This document shows, in pieces, positions 1-12,701 of a DNA stretch of 64,000 nucleotides. The DNA comes from Camelus ferus. Its lineage: Eukaryota. Every line of letters starts with the position of its first letter. Within the stretch, counting starts at the first letter, position 1. Below the pieces are notes generated by a model. The model was not told the DNA's origin. It ran no database searches and worked only from the letters and a program-made list of their open reading frames with translations. The stretch covers positions 24,802,001 to 24,866,000 of the forward strand of contig NC_045696.1 of assembly GCF_009834535.1 (NCBI RefSeq), read 5' to 3'. The translations under genes and the position numbers were made by a program.

Positions 1-59
1 GCAGTCCAAGCTGATGGAGAAGGGAAAACGTCTAGTTAGCAAATGAACTTATGTTTCTT

Positions 60-270
60 AATCATTTATTACGTGCCAGATTATGTACTAAGTATTTCAT
101 TAAATACAACATGTCTTTGTGGTGGGACTATTACTGTCATCCCCACTTTACAGAAGAGGAAACTAAGGCACAGAGTCAAAACAAAAAACAAAAAAACTTG
201 TCCAAGATCCTCCAACTAAGAAGAGACTAGATCGAATCTGGTAAATTCATTCTACCTTACAGACGTAATT
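60..270 (-). mobile_element. MIR SINE remnant
   Basis: Motif CCCCACTTTACAGAAGAGGAAACTAAGGCACAGAG...ACTTGTCCAAGATC is typical of the MIR core. Confidence 0.75.
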
Positions 271-1975
271 CCACACTCTCTTAACTCTGCCTATTACATG
301 TTTGATGCTACTTAGAAATACCGTTCCCCTTGTCCACATCCTTGTACTTCTCTTCTCCTGGTTAAATCTTACTTGTGCTTCAATCCTGTTTAGGATTTAT
401 TGCCTTTGGTAATTCCTCCCCTCCCAACCCAACCACCAAGATTCTGGTTCTGCGTTACCACAGCAATCTCAGCATACTCTTCAAGGAGGAATTAAAGGCT
501 CTTCAGATCTGTCCTCACTGAATTTACCCTCACTCTTACCTGACTATCCAACCGTTTACCTACAGGTGCTTCCCTCCTGCTAGACTTAGTTTCTCCAGAG
601 GACAGAAACTAGGTTTGATTTATTTTTATATTTAGAGGGCCTAGTTCATAACATGTTCTGGATGAATGAATGTATGATGAATCAATGTTAATTACTGCCA
701 ATAAAAATGTTTTAGAGGTTTTCTATTCATAGGTCACTATGCCATCCCCAGAAACTCAATCAGAAAGTCATGGTTTTGGTTTATAGGTTAGATTGGGATT
801 TTATCTGAGACCTAGTATGTCAAAAATACAAAGTCTCAGCAATGAAATGTATTCATACAAGGCTTTCAACATACTTTGAAGGCATCAACTTTTTTTTTTA
901 AACTTGACATCAAAGAAATTACAAATAGAAAATGCAATTAAAACGAATATTTTCAATCTTATCTACATGGATTCTTGCTTGGTCTGTAAAGCTATCCAGA
1001 TTGAGTAACAGTCAAGGAAATGAACGTTGTCAGAATCGTAGAGGAAGAGCCCACTGGAATTTGGGGTGAGGGAACTATTTGAGTTGTATAATTTCCCACA
1101 AGTCTGTAACTCATTGCCTTTGGCTACCTCTGCAGTTAGACTAATTATGTTAAACCAGCTCACCTGATTAAGCCTGCCATCTCTATAGTGTGAGGTAAAA
1201 ACAGTGCAATGCCCTGCTGGGGCTCTTGTACACTTTCAAGGGACTTACCTTTACTCTATAGGCTTAAAAGGGTACTTTACACGTAATTTGTCTTACTTTT
1301 AAAGAAATTTATAGTTCAATATGTAATAAGAAGAATAGCTGTCAAATTTATTTGACGCTTGGAGTTAGTAACAAAAGCCAGAATTTGAACAAGATCCCCT
1401 GAATCTGAAATCTTTTTTCTTTTTTTTTTTTTAGAACTACAAAACTTGTCTTAAGGGCTATTTCTAAGACCTGGTCTTGTATAACGATGAGAAGTAAAAC
1501 AAATGGAAATTTTATTAGGAAAATCTGTTCCCGATACACAAGGCAGGCTCATTTCCCTGAACTACTGCCTTAGCATCTGACTTCTATTGTGGAAGAAGCA
1601 CGTGTTATCACGGGGGCGGGGAGCGGGTGGGGGGGGAGGGGAGCGGGGGCGGAGCAAGGCACAGTTATGAGTCCGCAGTTTCTGGATTTGCCCCCACCTC
1701 GGTGTCCCATACCGTCAGTTAGCACACAGAAGTGTTACTTATCCCGAATCTCTCCTGTGGTTTTTATGGGCTCTATCACTGCTTGTGGAATTTCATTCCA
1801 ACTTCTACTCCTTTGGTGATGTCAGGTCCATTCATTCTTTTCTCAGATGTTTGTTTCTATTTATGGGGGAGTCAATTATCCCTTCAAAGATGCCTCTTTC
1901 CTCCAGCAGCCACCGCGACTGAGGTCTTGATGGCTCAAGTTTCACACCATCCTGGGGAGTGTTCTCAGCTCTCCC

Positions 1976-1978
<3 letters not shown>

Positions 1979-2031
<53 letters not shown>
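1979..2031. repeat. (TG)n microsatellite
   Basis: About 26 perfect TG units. Confidence 0.98.
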
Positions 2032-2033
<2 letters not shown>

Positions 2034-2129
2034 GTGTCCGTGCTGTCTGTGGGTGATTACTACGAAAGCAGGTGTAAGACATCAGTTGACATTTCAGGGT
2101 CTGGACAGCCAGTTCTTCCTACTTCCCTT

Positions 2130-2500
2130 TCGCCGTCCCCCCACCCCACAGCAACCCCAATTGGCCAGAAAATCCCCCCCGCCTCTCCCCTCCCGCTCCG
2201 GACCGAGCAGTTTTACCTGCGCCTGGGGGCCCCAGGGGAGCCGCGCGTAGGAGCTGCTGGCGCCCCACCTCCTCAGGCTGGAAAACATGGTCCGCGCGGA
2301 CGCCGGCGACAGGAAGCGCAGGGGTGCCGCGGCTGTCACCTCTCTTGGCAGGGGACCGTCAGTCCGGGGCCTGGAAGGTGGGAGGACGCGAGCACCAGCC
2401 CTGGAGAGTCAGCTGTGGCCCTGCCCTCAGCCAGCCCTTCCTGTGAGCGCCCTGGGCGGCGGCCGGGAAGGAAGGGGAAAGGGGAGGAGGAGGCGCCGTG
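2130..2500. promoter_or_regulatory. CpG island / GC-rich promoter over the putative ABCC13 exon 1
   Basis: Dense CpG and GC boxes (GGGCGG) in an otherwise AT-rich, CpG-poor background. Boundaries approximate. Confidence 0.75.
2217..2288 (-). CDS. ABCC13: Probable first coding exon of ABCC13 (ABC transporter C13); gene continues left of the window
   Basis: ACC-ATG (good Kozak) at 2288 in a CpG island. 24 codons MFSSLRRWGASSSYARLPWGPQAQ end at a phase-0 donor CAG|GTAAAA. Resembles the recalled human N-terminus MLSSTQNAGGSYQRVRGALDTQ. Position and strand downstream of RBM11 fit the recalled synteny. Only one short exon is visible. Confidence 0.68.
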
Positions 2501-3919
2501 GGAAGAAGTGGGACCTTATGTGAAGTCCAAAAATCTCTGCCTTTCGGGGTGTTTGCACTTGACTTAACAGTTCTCACTCCTCAGTTTCCAGGGTTGCTCT
2601 GTTTCCCTTTGTAATAAAAGCACAAAACTCTTTCCTCCTTGGGTTTACCTTTATATGTTTGCAAACAGAATGTCAACACTGCCCACGCCCCAACAGAAAA
2701 CTGTTAAGGACAACAGGTGTCAGTAAAATTTTACAGAATAATTTTATTGCCAGGGCTTTAAAAATTAAGAAACTAATGAAATGCTTCCCTTAGTACTAGA
2801 AAACAATAAAAAGTTTTACTCTTCAAATTGACTGTAAAGCTATGTAATAAATGGAAAAACTTCCTAGGAACTAGGATGAGCAAAGACCTAAATGAAATAC
2901 ATGACATATAAAGGGGGGTATGAAAATTAAGGATGGCATTTTGACTTTTGATAAATATTGTTGGATAATGAACCTTGTATATAAAGAAGCACTGGTATGT
3001 GGAACAAATCACTTTCCAAGAGATGTGTCATTGGTCTGATGAAATATTTTGTTTCAATTCACCTGGAACCTGAAATAAGAGAAGAGGGAGTAATTGTAAG
3101 AATTCTGAGTAATGAGGATAAGGATAAGGTAATGTGATGGTTTTACAGGATGAGTATTATGTTTCAGGACCAAGGAAACTGCTGTCTACCTCTTAAAATT
3201 AATGTCAGAGGTAGATAGAAAGAAGTGAATATTTAGGACAAAAAAGGTCAGCATCCTGGAGAAACGGGCTCAGAGATGGTACTTAGGGGGAGTTTTGGCC
3301 TGCCCACAGAATGGGTCAAACTGAGGAACGAAAAATGCTCCTAAAATGAGGATTAGACCTCATGCAATTAAAGTACTGGATAATGTTTAGAACGCATTTT
3401 ATTTGGCTCTTTTCTTTTTTTCAAATCTTATTTGTCTGGCCCTACGCAAAGAGGAAGTTGTAGATTTCACTTTAAAATAAATGTCTGTGAGGAAATGTGT
3501 GTGAGGAATGGAGGCTGCAGTTCAGGACTTAAAAACTTTGTCTCACTTCTTCTAGAACTTTTCACAAATTCACATTCCAATCTGGGTACATCTTCTTTGC
3601 AGCCTCAGCCTGAGGGCCCCTTTCCCCATCTGCACTTTTAAACTATTCATTCTGTGGATTCTAGGTGAAAAAGGCAATGTTTTCTTATAGAGATTGTTCC
3701 TACTTTTTCAGATAAAAGGAAAGAAGGAACTTGAGTCAGTACCCTAGAGGGGGAAGCCAAGGAGAAGAAAAGGCCTAAAAATAGCTCAGGCTCTAAACTC
3801 AACACATAAGACATTTCAACACATTAAGTCCTCCTATTGGACTTAATCCCCTCAGGAAACGGTGGTTCTAGCAACTGGAAACAGATTTTCATGAATACTC
3901 AGCTCTTTAAAGATGCTCA

Positions 3920-4555
3920 TTTGAAAAGATACATGTGCCCCAATGTTCATAGCAGTACTGTTTACAATAGCCAAGACATGGAAGCAAGCTAAATGTCCTT
4001 TGACAGATGACTGGATTAAAAAGTTGTGGTATATTTATACAGTGGAATACTACTCAGCCATAAAAAATGATAAAATAATGACATTTGCAGCAACATGGAT
4101 GGACCTGGAGATTATCATTCTAAGTGAATTAAGCCAGAAAAAGAAAGAAAAATACCATATGATACCATATGATATCACTCATATGTGGAATATAAAAAAA
4201 AAAGAAAGACACAAATGAACTTATTTATGAAACAGAAACAGACTCACAGACATAGAAAATAAACTTATGGTTACTGAGAGGAAAGGAAGTGGGAAGGGGC
4301 AAATTGGGAGATCAAGATTTACAGATACTAACTAATATATAAGTAAATAAAATAGATATACAAGTATCTTCTGTATAGCACCAGGAACAATATTCAATAT
4401 TTTGTAGTAACCTATAATGAAAAAGAATATGAAAACAAATATATGTATGTATATGTATAACTGAAACATTATGCTACACACCAGAAATTGACACAACATT
4501 GTAAACTGACTATACTTCAATTTGAAAAAAAAGACTAAAAAAATGAAAAATAAAT
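3920..4555 (+). mobile_element. 5'-truncated LINE-1 (ORF2 C-terminus, 3'UTR, A tail)
   Basis: ORF 3943-4218 MFIAVLFTIAKTWKQAKCPLTDDWIKKLWYIYTVEYYSAIK is the L1 ORF2 C-terminus. A-rich tail. Approximate TSD AAAGATGCTCA / AAAGATGCCCA. Confidence 0.93.
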
Positions 4556-5583
4556 AAAGATGCCCAGCTCCTTGATTGGTGAGGAGAGAGGAATCCTTAA
4601 GGTAATTTAATAGCAGAAGTTAGAAAGGGCTATGGGTGCATTAGAGAACTGGAGAGATGGAGCCCTGATCCAAAGGGATTGAAGGAAACATCTCTGGGAG
4701 CTCCACAAAATTATATTTTAATGTCAAGTTTCTCCAGAAGGAGATAGAAGATGCCAATGAAAGAGAAGTAATGAGTTTTTGTTTTGTTTTGTTTTGTTGT
4801 GAGAAAGAAATTTAAGTTTTTATTGCTTAAGGCTTAGTTAAGGAAAAAATCAGTGAAATACTCAGATTTGTCTAAGGAACAGAAAGTATTACACAAAAGG
4901 ATCCTGACATAAACAAAACCTTACCACAAAATTAGCATTCTGACTCACTGAATTCTCATGCTAGCTGAATTGGGAAATAAACATTTCCTTTTCCAGCAAA
5001 AAGAAAATCAGAGAGGTAGATAAAAGGGGCTCAGGGATCTAGTAACGAGTGGAGGGTATTTTATGTCAATTTTTTAGGTTTCTGGAAGGTACATCAGTAG
5101 GGTTCTTATCCTTCCAGGGATTCGGCCCCACTGTCCAAGGTTTGTAGGCACCACACTCCACCCTTTCGTGTGGAGGACAGCCTCATAGACCAGGGTCAGA
5201 ATCTCTGAGACTGATTAAAAGTAACGCTGAAAGAGCTACCTGTTTCCCATATAGTTATCTGGGCGTGTGGTTGTCACCACGGCAGAGAGGGGACAATTCT
5301 TTTCTTCAAGGTGATTGTTGGTTATGTCTTTATGGGGGCTGGGGAATGGAAAAGATGTTGTTTTCTTCGCTCTTGTTAACCTCGGTATTAAAAATTGAAA
5401 TAACACTTTTCAGTTCATGGCATACTATCATCATTTTGTGAAAGACCTTTTTTTATTTTATTTTGTGGTATTTCTATTTCCCCACCTTCCAATCCATTTT
5501 CCCCCTCCCATAAGTCACTTATCTGGAGTAGCAAATAAGTATCTTTTCAATCCAAATTCTACACTTTACTGAGACACTTCTTT

Positions 5584-5711
5584 TTTAAAAAAAAATGTAT
5601 TATTTATTTATTATTGTATTACTTAATTATTTTATTAGAGGAGCTACTGGGGGTTGAACCCAGGACCTTGTGCATGCTAAGCATGAGCTCTACCACTCGA
5701 GCTAAACCCTC
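5584..5711 (-). mobile_element. tRNA-derived SINE, camelid Vic-1 type
   Basis: Reverse strand reads GAGGGTTTAGCTCGAGTGGTAGAGCTCATGCTTAGCATGCACAAGGTCCTGGGTTCAACCCCCAG (A and B boxes), then an AT-rich tail. ACTTCTTT flanks both sides. Confidence 0.88.
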
Positions 5712-5959
5712 AATAGGTACTTCTTTATCCTTGAAAACTCTATGGTGCTGTTTTGTGTGTTTTATAAATATATACAAATGATATTTTCCTGTAACATTAA
5801 TTGCAGTACACGTCCTTCCCTCCTTCCTCCCATATTTTTAAACTTAACATTATTTGTTGAGCATCTACCCATGTGAGGCTATGCAATATTTGCCCATTAT
5901 TCCTGACTGCTGCATGATGCTTTGTTCTATGCAAATACCAAACTTCCCAGGAACTGCAG

Positions 5960-6170
5960 TGGAACTGAGCACACCGACTCTAAGGTAAGGCTGCAGGTGC
6001 AAATCTAGCACCACTATTTACCAGCAAATCATTAACACCTCCGGGCTCCCTTTCCCATCTGCAAAATGAATAGTAGTTTGTTGTCAGGACTGAGATTCAG
6101 TCATGTAATAAGTAAAGCATTTAGAACAGCAAGGGTGCACGGTAAATACTGCATAAATTATTACGATGAT
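5960..6170 (+). mobile_element. MIR SINE remnant
   Basis: TTTCCCATCTGCAAAATG...GTAAAGCATTTAGAACAG MIR-like core. Confidence 0.65.
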
Positions 6171-8349
6171 TATTACTTAGCTAGTCACCTAGTGGACAAC
6201 GTGTAGGTTGACTCCAGCTTTCTGCTCATGGTCAGTCCTGTGAGAACTCCTCTTCAGAGGACTGACACTGCATTTTTCTTAGATCGACTCTTCTCAACTT
6301 GTTTGAATGTGGGACTTCTTTACATTCTTGAAAATCATTGAGAAGTACCCAGGTAACTTCTTTTGTGTGTGGAGTAGCTCTATTGATATTTGATATTTAA
6401 TTAGAAATTAAAATTTTACATGTAAAAATATTTACTTACTGACTTGTTTATTTAAAGATAAACAATGACAAATCCATTACATATTTTCACAAATTCCAGA
6501 AATTAAAAACAAAGATTGTGGGGTTCTTGGGATATAGTCTGAATCCACCATGTCACAGAGGAGGTGGCCAGGCCAGGAGAAAATTCAATGATTTTCCCAA
6601 CATTACAGCTATAAGGAAAACTGGGGGAAAACAGATTTTCTTGGGTCCAGGATTCTTTCTGTTTTTTTCCATTACATCAATCTGATACCCTTTCATCTTG
6701 CCTTAAATACTGACTGATTTACAAACGTAAAGGAGAAGCTGCAAAGTCTGCTCAGTGTTATACTAACAGAGTCATACGATTTATTTGTGATCATTTTTGT
6801 TGCGATAACAAAGTTGTACTCACACGACTTAGCAAAAAAGGAATTTCCAAACATTTTCCAAAAAATGTCTTCAAATCTCCACTGCATTTTGCTGAATGCC
6901 GTTCTTTATTTAATTATACTATTTAACAAGCATTAATTTATTACCTCTGTGTGCTCAACATTCTGGTAAGTGCTAGAAATGTAATGAATCATTCTTATCC
7001 TCATTAAATTACACACTAGTGGGAGAGACCGAGAAGAAACAAGTACACCAAAAATACATAAATAACTACAAATGTGTACAGTGCGATGAAGGAAATGAAC
7101 AGGATGCAATTTTAGGGAATAATCTGTTAAGATGAGCACTACCTTCCAGATTAGTTGAAGGCTCACGGGTGATGTCATGATGAATGCACTGTAGCCAGCT
7201 TCAAAAAGAGCTGGAGGCAAACACTTTCAGGTAGAGAAATACTATGGACAGAAGCCTGAAAACCTCTCTGTTTGTTTTTTCTTAGTTCTGATGATGTAAA
7301 TTACTTGAAAAATATAATCTTCCTGTGACGAGTTATTGCTACACCTGAAGCAGGACTGTATTCTTTATTTCTCTGCTTTCCTTTCCCCACCATCATCTGA
7401 CTCATTATTTGGTTTCCAAGGAGGTAGATATGGGGCAAAGTCCACATTTACCTTATTATTTATCTTATTTAAATGAACATTTATTCAGCCCTCTCTCATA
7501 TATCTGTATGGGAATCTTTCTGTACATTCTGTACAGAATGCATTTTAATAGATTTGAATATTTTAAATCAAACTCATGTAGGATGCTAGAGCAGAGGCCT
7601 GGGGATGCTAAGATAAAAACTAAATACTAGCTAAAATTTATAGTGCATTTATTGTATGTCAGGTGTGTACTAAGATATTTATATTCAGTATCTAATTAAG
7701 TTCCCACAACCAAACCCCTGAATTTTTGAGAAAATGAATAACTTGAAATGAGTCAAATGACTGATAAGCCAAGAGTTGACCAGAAGCAGTTTTACCATGA
7801 AGGTATTCAGAATGGAGGTTGGTGTGTAAGTTAATGTTAACATGGCTAGGGAAGACGGTGTCAGCAAAACAGGGTGGAGTTGTTACCCATAGACTAGGGT
7901 TCAGGGAGAAGGACATGTTCTCACTGTGTTAACCCTGCCTTTCAAAGGGAGGGTGATTCCTGAGAACTAGGAATAATTTTCTGAATTTTCCATAGTTTAG
8001 GTAAATAGTCAGTTAGTCATTCATTAGCTCTTCATTGAGTATCTCTTACAAGTAGACACTGTGCCAGGTGCTGGGTTTGAAAAAAAAAAAAGGAGGAAGT
8101 AAAATCCTGTCCCATAAAATTTACAGTCAAATGTATCCTTCATTTTGAAAAACAGATAACATGTACATAAATGAAATGTTTTGCTGTCAGATAGGAATAA
8201 GTGCTTTGGAGAAAAAACTGGGGGTAAGAGGAAAAGGACTGGGGATAATGCTGTGGCAATTTACATATGGTGATCAGCAAAAGACTCCCTGGAAAAGGCT
8301 CTTTCAGCAAATACCTGAGGGAAAGGAGGAAAAAGGAATGTGGAATTTG

Positions 8350-8817
8350 GTAATATTCAATGAAACCCTGACATGAAAAATTGCAGAACAGGTGTCAACA
8401 GTTTGGAAGATACACAGGGACAGCAGTGGGGCACTTTTCAGCATACCCACCTCACTATGGCTCTTGATGGCACAGTGGATGATACTGTGTGGACAAAGAG
8501 CACCATGCAACTCTGATTCCAAGAAAGATTCATTCAAGATGGATCTGAGTGTGAAGACATTGTAGGGATATATTAATTGATATAGTTTGCTTCTATTTAT
8601 CTTTCTTATGAAGGCACAACAGTGATACAATAAAAGCTCTGTCTAAAGTCTAAAGGAGGACTCTAAGTAAGTATAAAATACACAGCTAGTAGATAAGGAA
8701 ACATCGTTTCGTAGTTTAATTGGTGGTTTTTTGTTTGTTTTGTTTTTTACTTTGTCGTCCATAAAATAATGATATGTCTACCATCATTGGTGTCTTAGAT
8801 CCAATGAATTACAGTAT
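8350..8817 (+). mobile_element. TcMar-Tigger DNA transposon remnant (Tigger13-like)
   Basis: GCTCTTGATGGCACAGTGGATGATACTGTGTGG and terminal GTCTTAGATCCAATGAATTACAGTA resemble recalled Tigger 3' ends. Confidence 0.55.
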
Positions 8818-9755
8818 TGGGAACAGTAGATGGTAGAATTCAGTCAAGGATAACGAATTGTAAAGAAGTCTTCTTATTAAAAAAAATCATTTCAAAATAA
8901 GACTAATAATTTTTAAGCACCTAGAAGTAGAAACAACAAAATCATGTGTATGATAAAGCTTGAAAAAGAAATCACAACAGTTTGTGGATAGCTTCTGCCT
9001 CTTTCCCTAACCCTTCCTTGGCCAGTATTCTCCTATTTAGAATCACTATCAATCTTTATTAAAGGAAAGGTGGTGGTTATGACACCAGAATGTAATCATT
9101 ATATTCCCATTAACATTCACAAGATGAATTTATGGGACAACGGTGAGCTATAGAAGGAAGAGTTTTATTAATTGAGCTTTAAAAATGGCACATTAATGAC
9201 CAGAGAGAAGTCAAAAAAGCTTTAGAGTCTTCAAAGACTCTGGAGGTGATTAGCCTTAATCACAGTAAATTCCTATAAAAATTTAGACATAGTTTTTCCC
9301 CCACCCAGTGATTAATTATTAATTAGGAATTAATTTAAGCATTAAAAAGAACAAATCCTTTTTTTCCAAATTTAGAAAAGAATAGTCAAGAAAGTGAAAA
9401 TATATATTATTTAATATGTTAAATGTATCCCTTTGTAATGAGCTGAAAGATTCTAATTAAAGTTCACATTAATTTGAATTTAAATGTCAAATATATTTAC
9501 ATATATTTGGAATTACTAATTATGTTTATGAATATATTGCACAAATTACCTAAACATACTCTGTCTCAATTTTATGACTTGAACAAACATAGAAAATACT
9601 TTGTAAAAAAACAAAGAAAAAAAAATCGAAACTCCATCTCTCCATGATGGCAACTCTGTGTGTGATTTTCTAGGCTCCAGTTTTCTCTGTAAGCACGATC
9701 ATTGTATTTAATTGCAATTTTACCTGGATTACTTTTATGTTCTTCCTTTTGCTAC

Positions 9756-10660
9756 TGAAAGGGAGCAGGACTCTTTGGGCTCCCCCCACACCACTACCTG
9801 CCTCTTGTTTATAGAAAAGCTCAGTTCTCCAGGCCTCCCTGAGTCATGGGAGAGCAGGCTCAGGCAGTTGATTAGGACACACCTGCAGGCACTAGGGGAT
9901 GGCAAGGACTCTGACCACCTCATCTCAAGGATTAACTGAGACTATTCCTTCCTTTCCCTGTACAACTCATCTGAACAGAATCTTCAGAGATGGTGTTTTG
10001 CAGGGGGATGCTGGGGCCACCAGATTGCAGATTTCTTATTAAAAGTAACTTTCCTTTTTGTTACCAAGGCTGTTGCCCCAAATAGAAACCTCCCTCCCTC
10101 AAATAGAAACCAATTACTCTTATCTAAGTGTCAGGAGGCAGCTGCAGAGAAGAAACAAGAACTGGTTAGAACCCACAGAGTCCAAGATAGTGGAGGATTT
10201 GATATCCAGTGGACCTTGAGCCTCATTATACCTGCATTGTAATGTATTATCATGCTAAGTGACACACCCACCAGGGCCATGACAGTTGCCAGTTGCCATG
10301 ACAACCGGAAAAGCCCATACAAGGACTGAAAAGCCCCAACAATTGTCCAACAATTGCCTGATTGGCTCCAGCACACCCAGAAGGAAGACAAGATGGCAGG
10401 AGCCTACCAGGAGTCCATGTGGCCAGACCAGGCCGGAGCTGTTTCTGCAGGCAACTCTCCACCTTGAGGGCTTCCTTTCCTTCTCCCTGCGAGATCACTT
10501 TCCTTCCTTTCCCTCTTTTGAGAAATAAAAGCAGTTTTCGCTCTGTCCCTCTGCCTCAGCTGTGAATTGTCCCTCTGCTTTAGCTGTGAATTCTTTCCAG
10601 CCAGCAGGCAAGGACCCACACTTTGGGGGGCCTCCTAATTCAGGGGTCTATCGGCGAGCA
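9756..10660 (+). mobile_element. Composite ERV1-type solo LTR (right part MER41-like)
   Basis: TGAAAG...GAGCA termini with 4-bp TSD CTAC (9752-9755 / 10661-10664). MER41-like GACCTTGAGCCTCATTATA...GACACACCCACCAGGGCCATGACAGTT. PolyA signals at 10038 (ATTAAA) and 10524 (AATAAA). Confidence 0.8.
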
Positions 10661-12062
10661 CTACAATGGTTTCCTTTTGCTACACTGTCTACATAACTAT
10701 CATTTAAAAACAGCTACCTAATATTCTACTGTGCTCATGCAGCAAATTTAGTCAATGAAGTAATGTCGATTCTTCAAATTTTAGATTATTTTCAATTTTT
10801 TACTGTTATGCAGGACCTAGTCATAAACCACTTCGAGCAGAAAGTATTTTTATCCACTTCTTTTTGTTACATCCTTGAAACTAAGGAAAGAATATTAGTT
10901 TAGGAAGTTTAAAGATTTTAATGACTCTTGTTAACTTTTAGCACCATTATGTAAAATTATACTACTAACTTACATTGTTTCCAGGGCCATAATTATTTCT
11001 AAATTGACCTATTTGTTTCACCAATTCTGCCACTCTCCTCTAGCTCTATGAATAATAATGATTGTCAGATTGTAATGATGTAAACACCACTAACAATCAT
11101 AAACTAATTTATTTCAAAATATGCCAGGCACTATTCTAAGCACGTAATATAGAATTGTAATGGAAAATTATAGACTTTGTATTTAATATCTTTGCCTTTG
11201 ATTACTTACTCTTTTATTAATTAACACAGTGACCTTATGTAGATAACTTAACCTCTTTAAGATAAACTTTCCTAGTTATGCTATGTAAATAATACTAAAA
11301 ATCTTGCAGAATTTTGGAGATTGGTTTTCTTAAAACCAATTGATTGATTTTTTTTAATTAACCCGTTAGTCTAACTGAAATTTATTTCTTAATATGTTAA
11401 TATTCATGTTCTAATTTTCCTAAATTGTTAATTTATCATAATACTGCTTATTAAATATTATCCCTTTGGCCAATATTTAGTAATATGTACTTTCTTATAT
11501 TTATACTGTCATATACAATTATATCTGCTTCTGAACTTTCTTTTTTTTCTCTGCTGATATATTTTCATGCCAACACAATCATACTTTAGTGATTACTACA
11601 TCCAAGCACATTTCATTTCCTAGTAGGCTATACGTTGCTCACTCAACTCAGATTTCATTGCTTTGTTTCACAATATTATTTGCAAATTTAATTTTGTCAG
11701 AAAATTTTGGAATTATTTTGTTGAATGGGTGGGATTTCGTTAAATGTATATATTAACTTCAGAGGTACTGATATCTTTTCAATATAATCAAAGTCAAACT
11801 GGTAAGGCTTGATGGATAGTTGCTAGTGTAAGCACGTGCAGCGGTCTCCATAAATGAAACTTGCGGAGGGAGGAGCCTTCAGGCAAGTGTTCTCACTGAA
11901 GTCAGTCAGCTTGGCTTAAATAAACTAGAACAAAACCTGTGTCTGACTGTATCTACAGAATTACTAAAATATATTAAATTTGATACTTTATTTAAAATAT
12001 AGAGGATGTGCATCCTAAAATATTTATTACAGTTAGGTTTAAAACTTGCAGCTGTATTTTAA

Positions 12063-12701
12063 CTGGAAAGGTGATAACTCATGAATTACAAATAAAGTAA
12101 ACATGAAATTATAAAAGAAGACATACAAATCACTGAGAGTGGGAGAGGGAGGCAGGGAAATATAGAATATTTTTTTCTTTCTTTTTTAAATTTTTTTAAC
12201 AGTAGGATGGGTTTGAGATCATGTTACTATCAGTTTAATAAAAACAGTTATAGTAATGGGTTGATAGATTTACAAAAAAGGGTAACCACAAGCCAAAAAT
12301 TTACAAAAGAGTCACAAAAATTAAATAAAATCCATGATAATACAAAGGAAAATTACCAAACCACAAAAGGAAGAAGAATCTAAAAAACAAAAACAAAAAC
12401 AAACAAACAAACAAAAACAAAGCATAAATAAAGGACAGAAATAGACTCACAGACAGAGAATACAGACTTGTGGTTACCAGGGGGGTGGAGGGTGGGAAGG
12501 GATAGACTGGGATTTCAAAACTGTAGAATAGACTACACTGTATAGCACAGGGAAATATACACAAAATGTTATGATAACTCACAGAGAAAAAAATGTGACA
12601 GTGTGTATATGTCCATGAATAACTGAAAAATTGTGCTGAACACTGGAATTTGACACAACATTGTAAAATGATTATAAATCAATAAAAAATGTTAAAAAAA
12701 A
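12063..12701 (+). mobile_element. LINE-1 insertion with inter-ORF sequence joined directly to the 3'UTR (no ORF2)
   Basis: Perfect 22-bp TSD AAAACTTGCAGCTGTATTTTAA (12041-12062 / 12702-12723) at a TT/AAAA site. AATAAA plus A tail. L1 3'UTR from about 12410. Confidence 0.88.

Noticed and set aside
963..1163. 66-aa minus-strand ORF as ABCC13 exon 2
   Set aside because: No resemblance to the recalled exon 2 peptide (KCSPEKSASFFSK...).
1732..2567. Long plus-strand ORFs of 172 and 202 aa with CV repeats
   Set aside because: They are open only because of the (TG)n tract and the GC-rich island. No domain is evident, and the plausible exon is on the minus strand.
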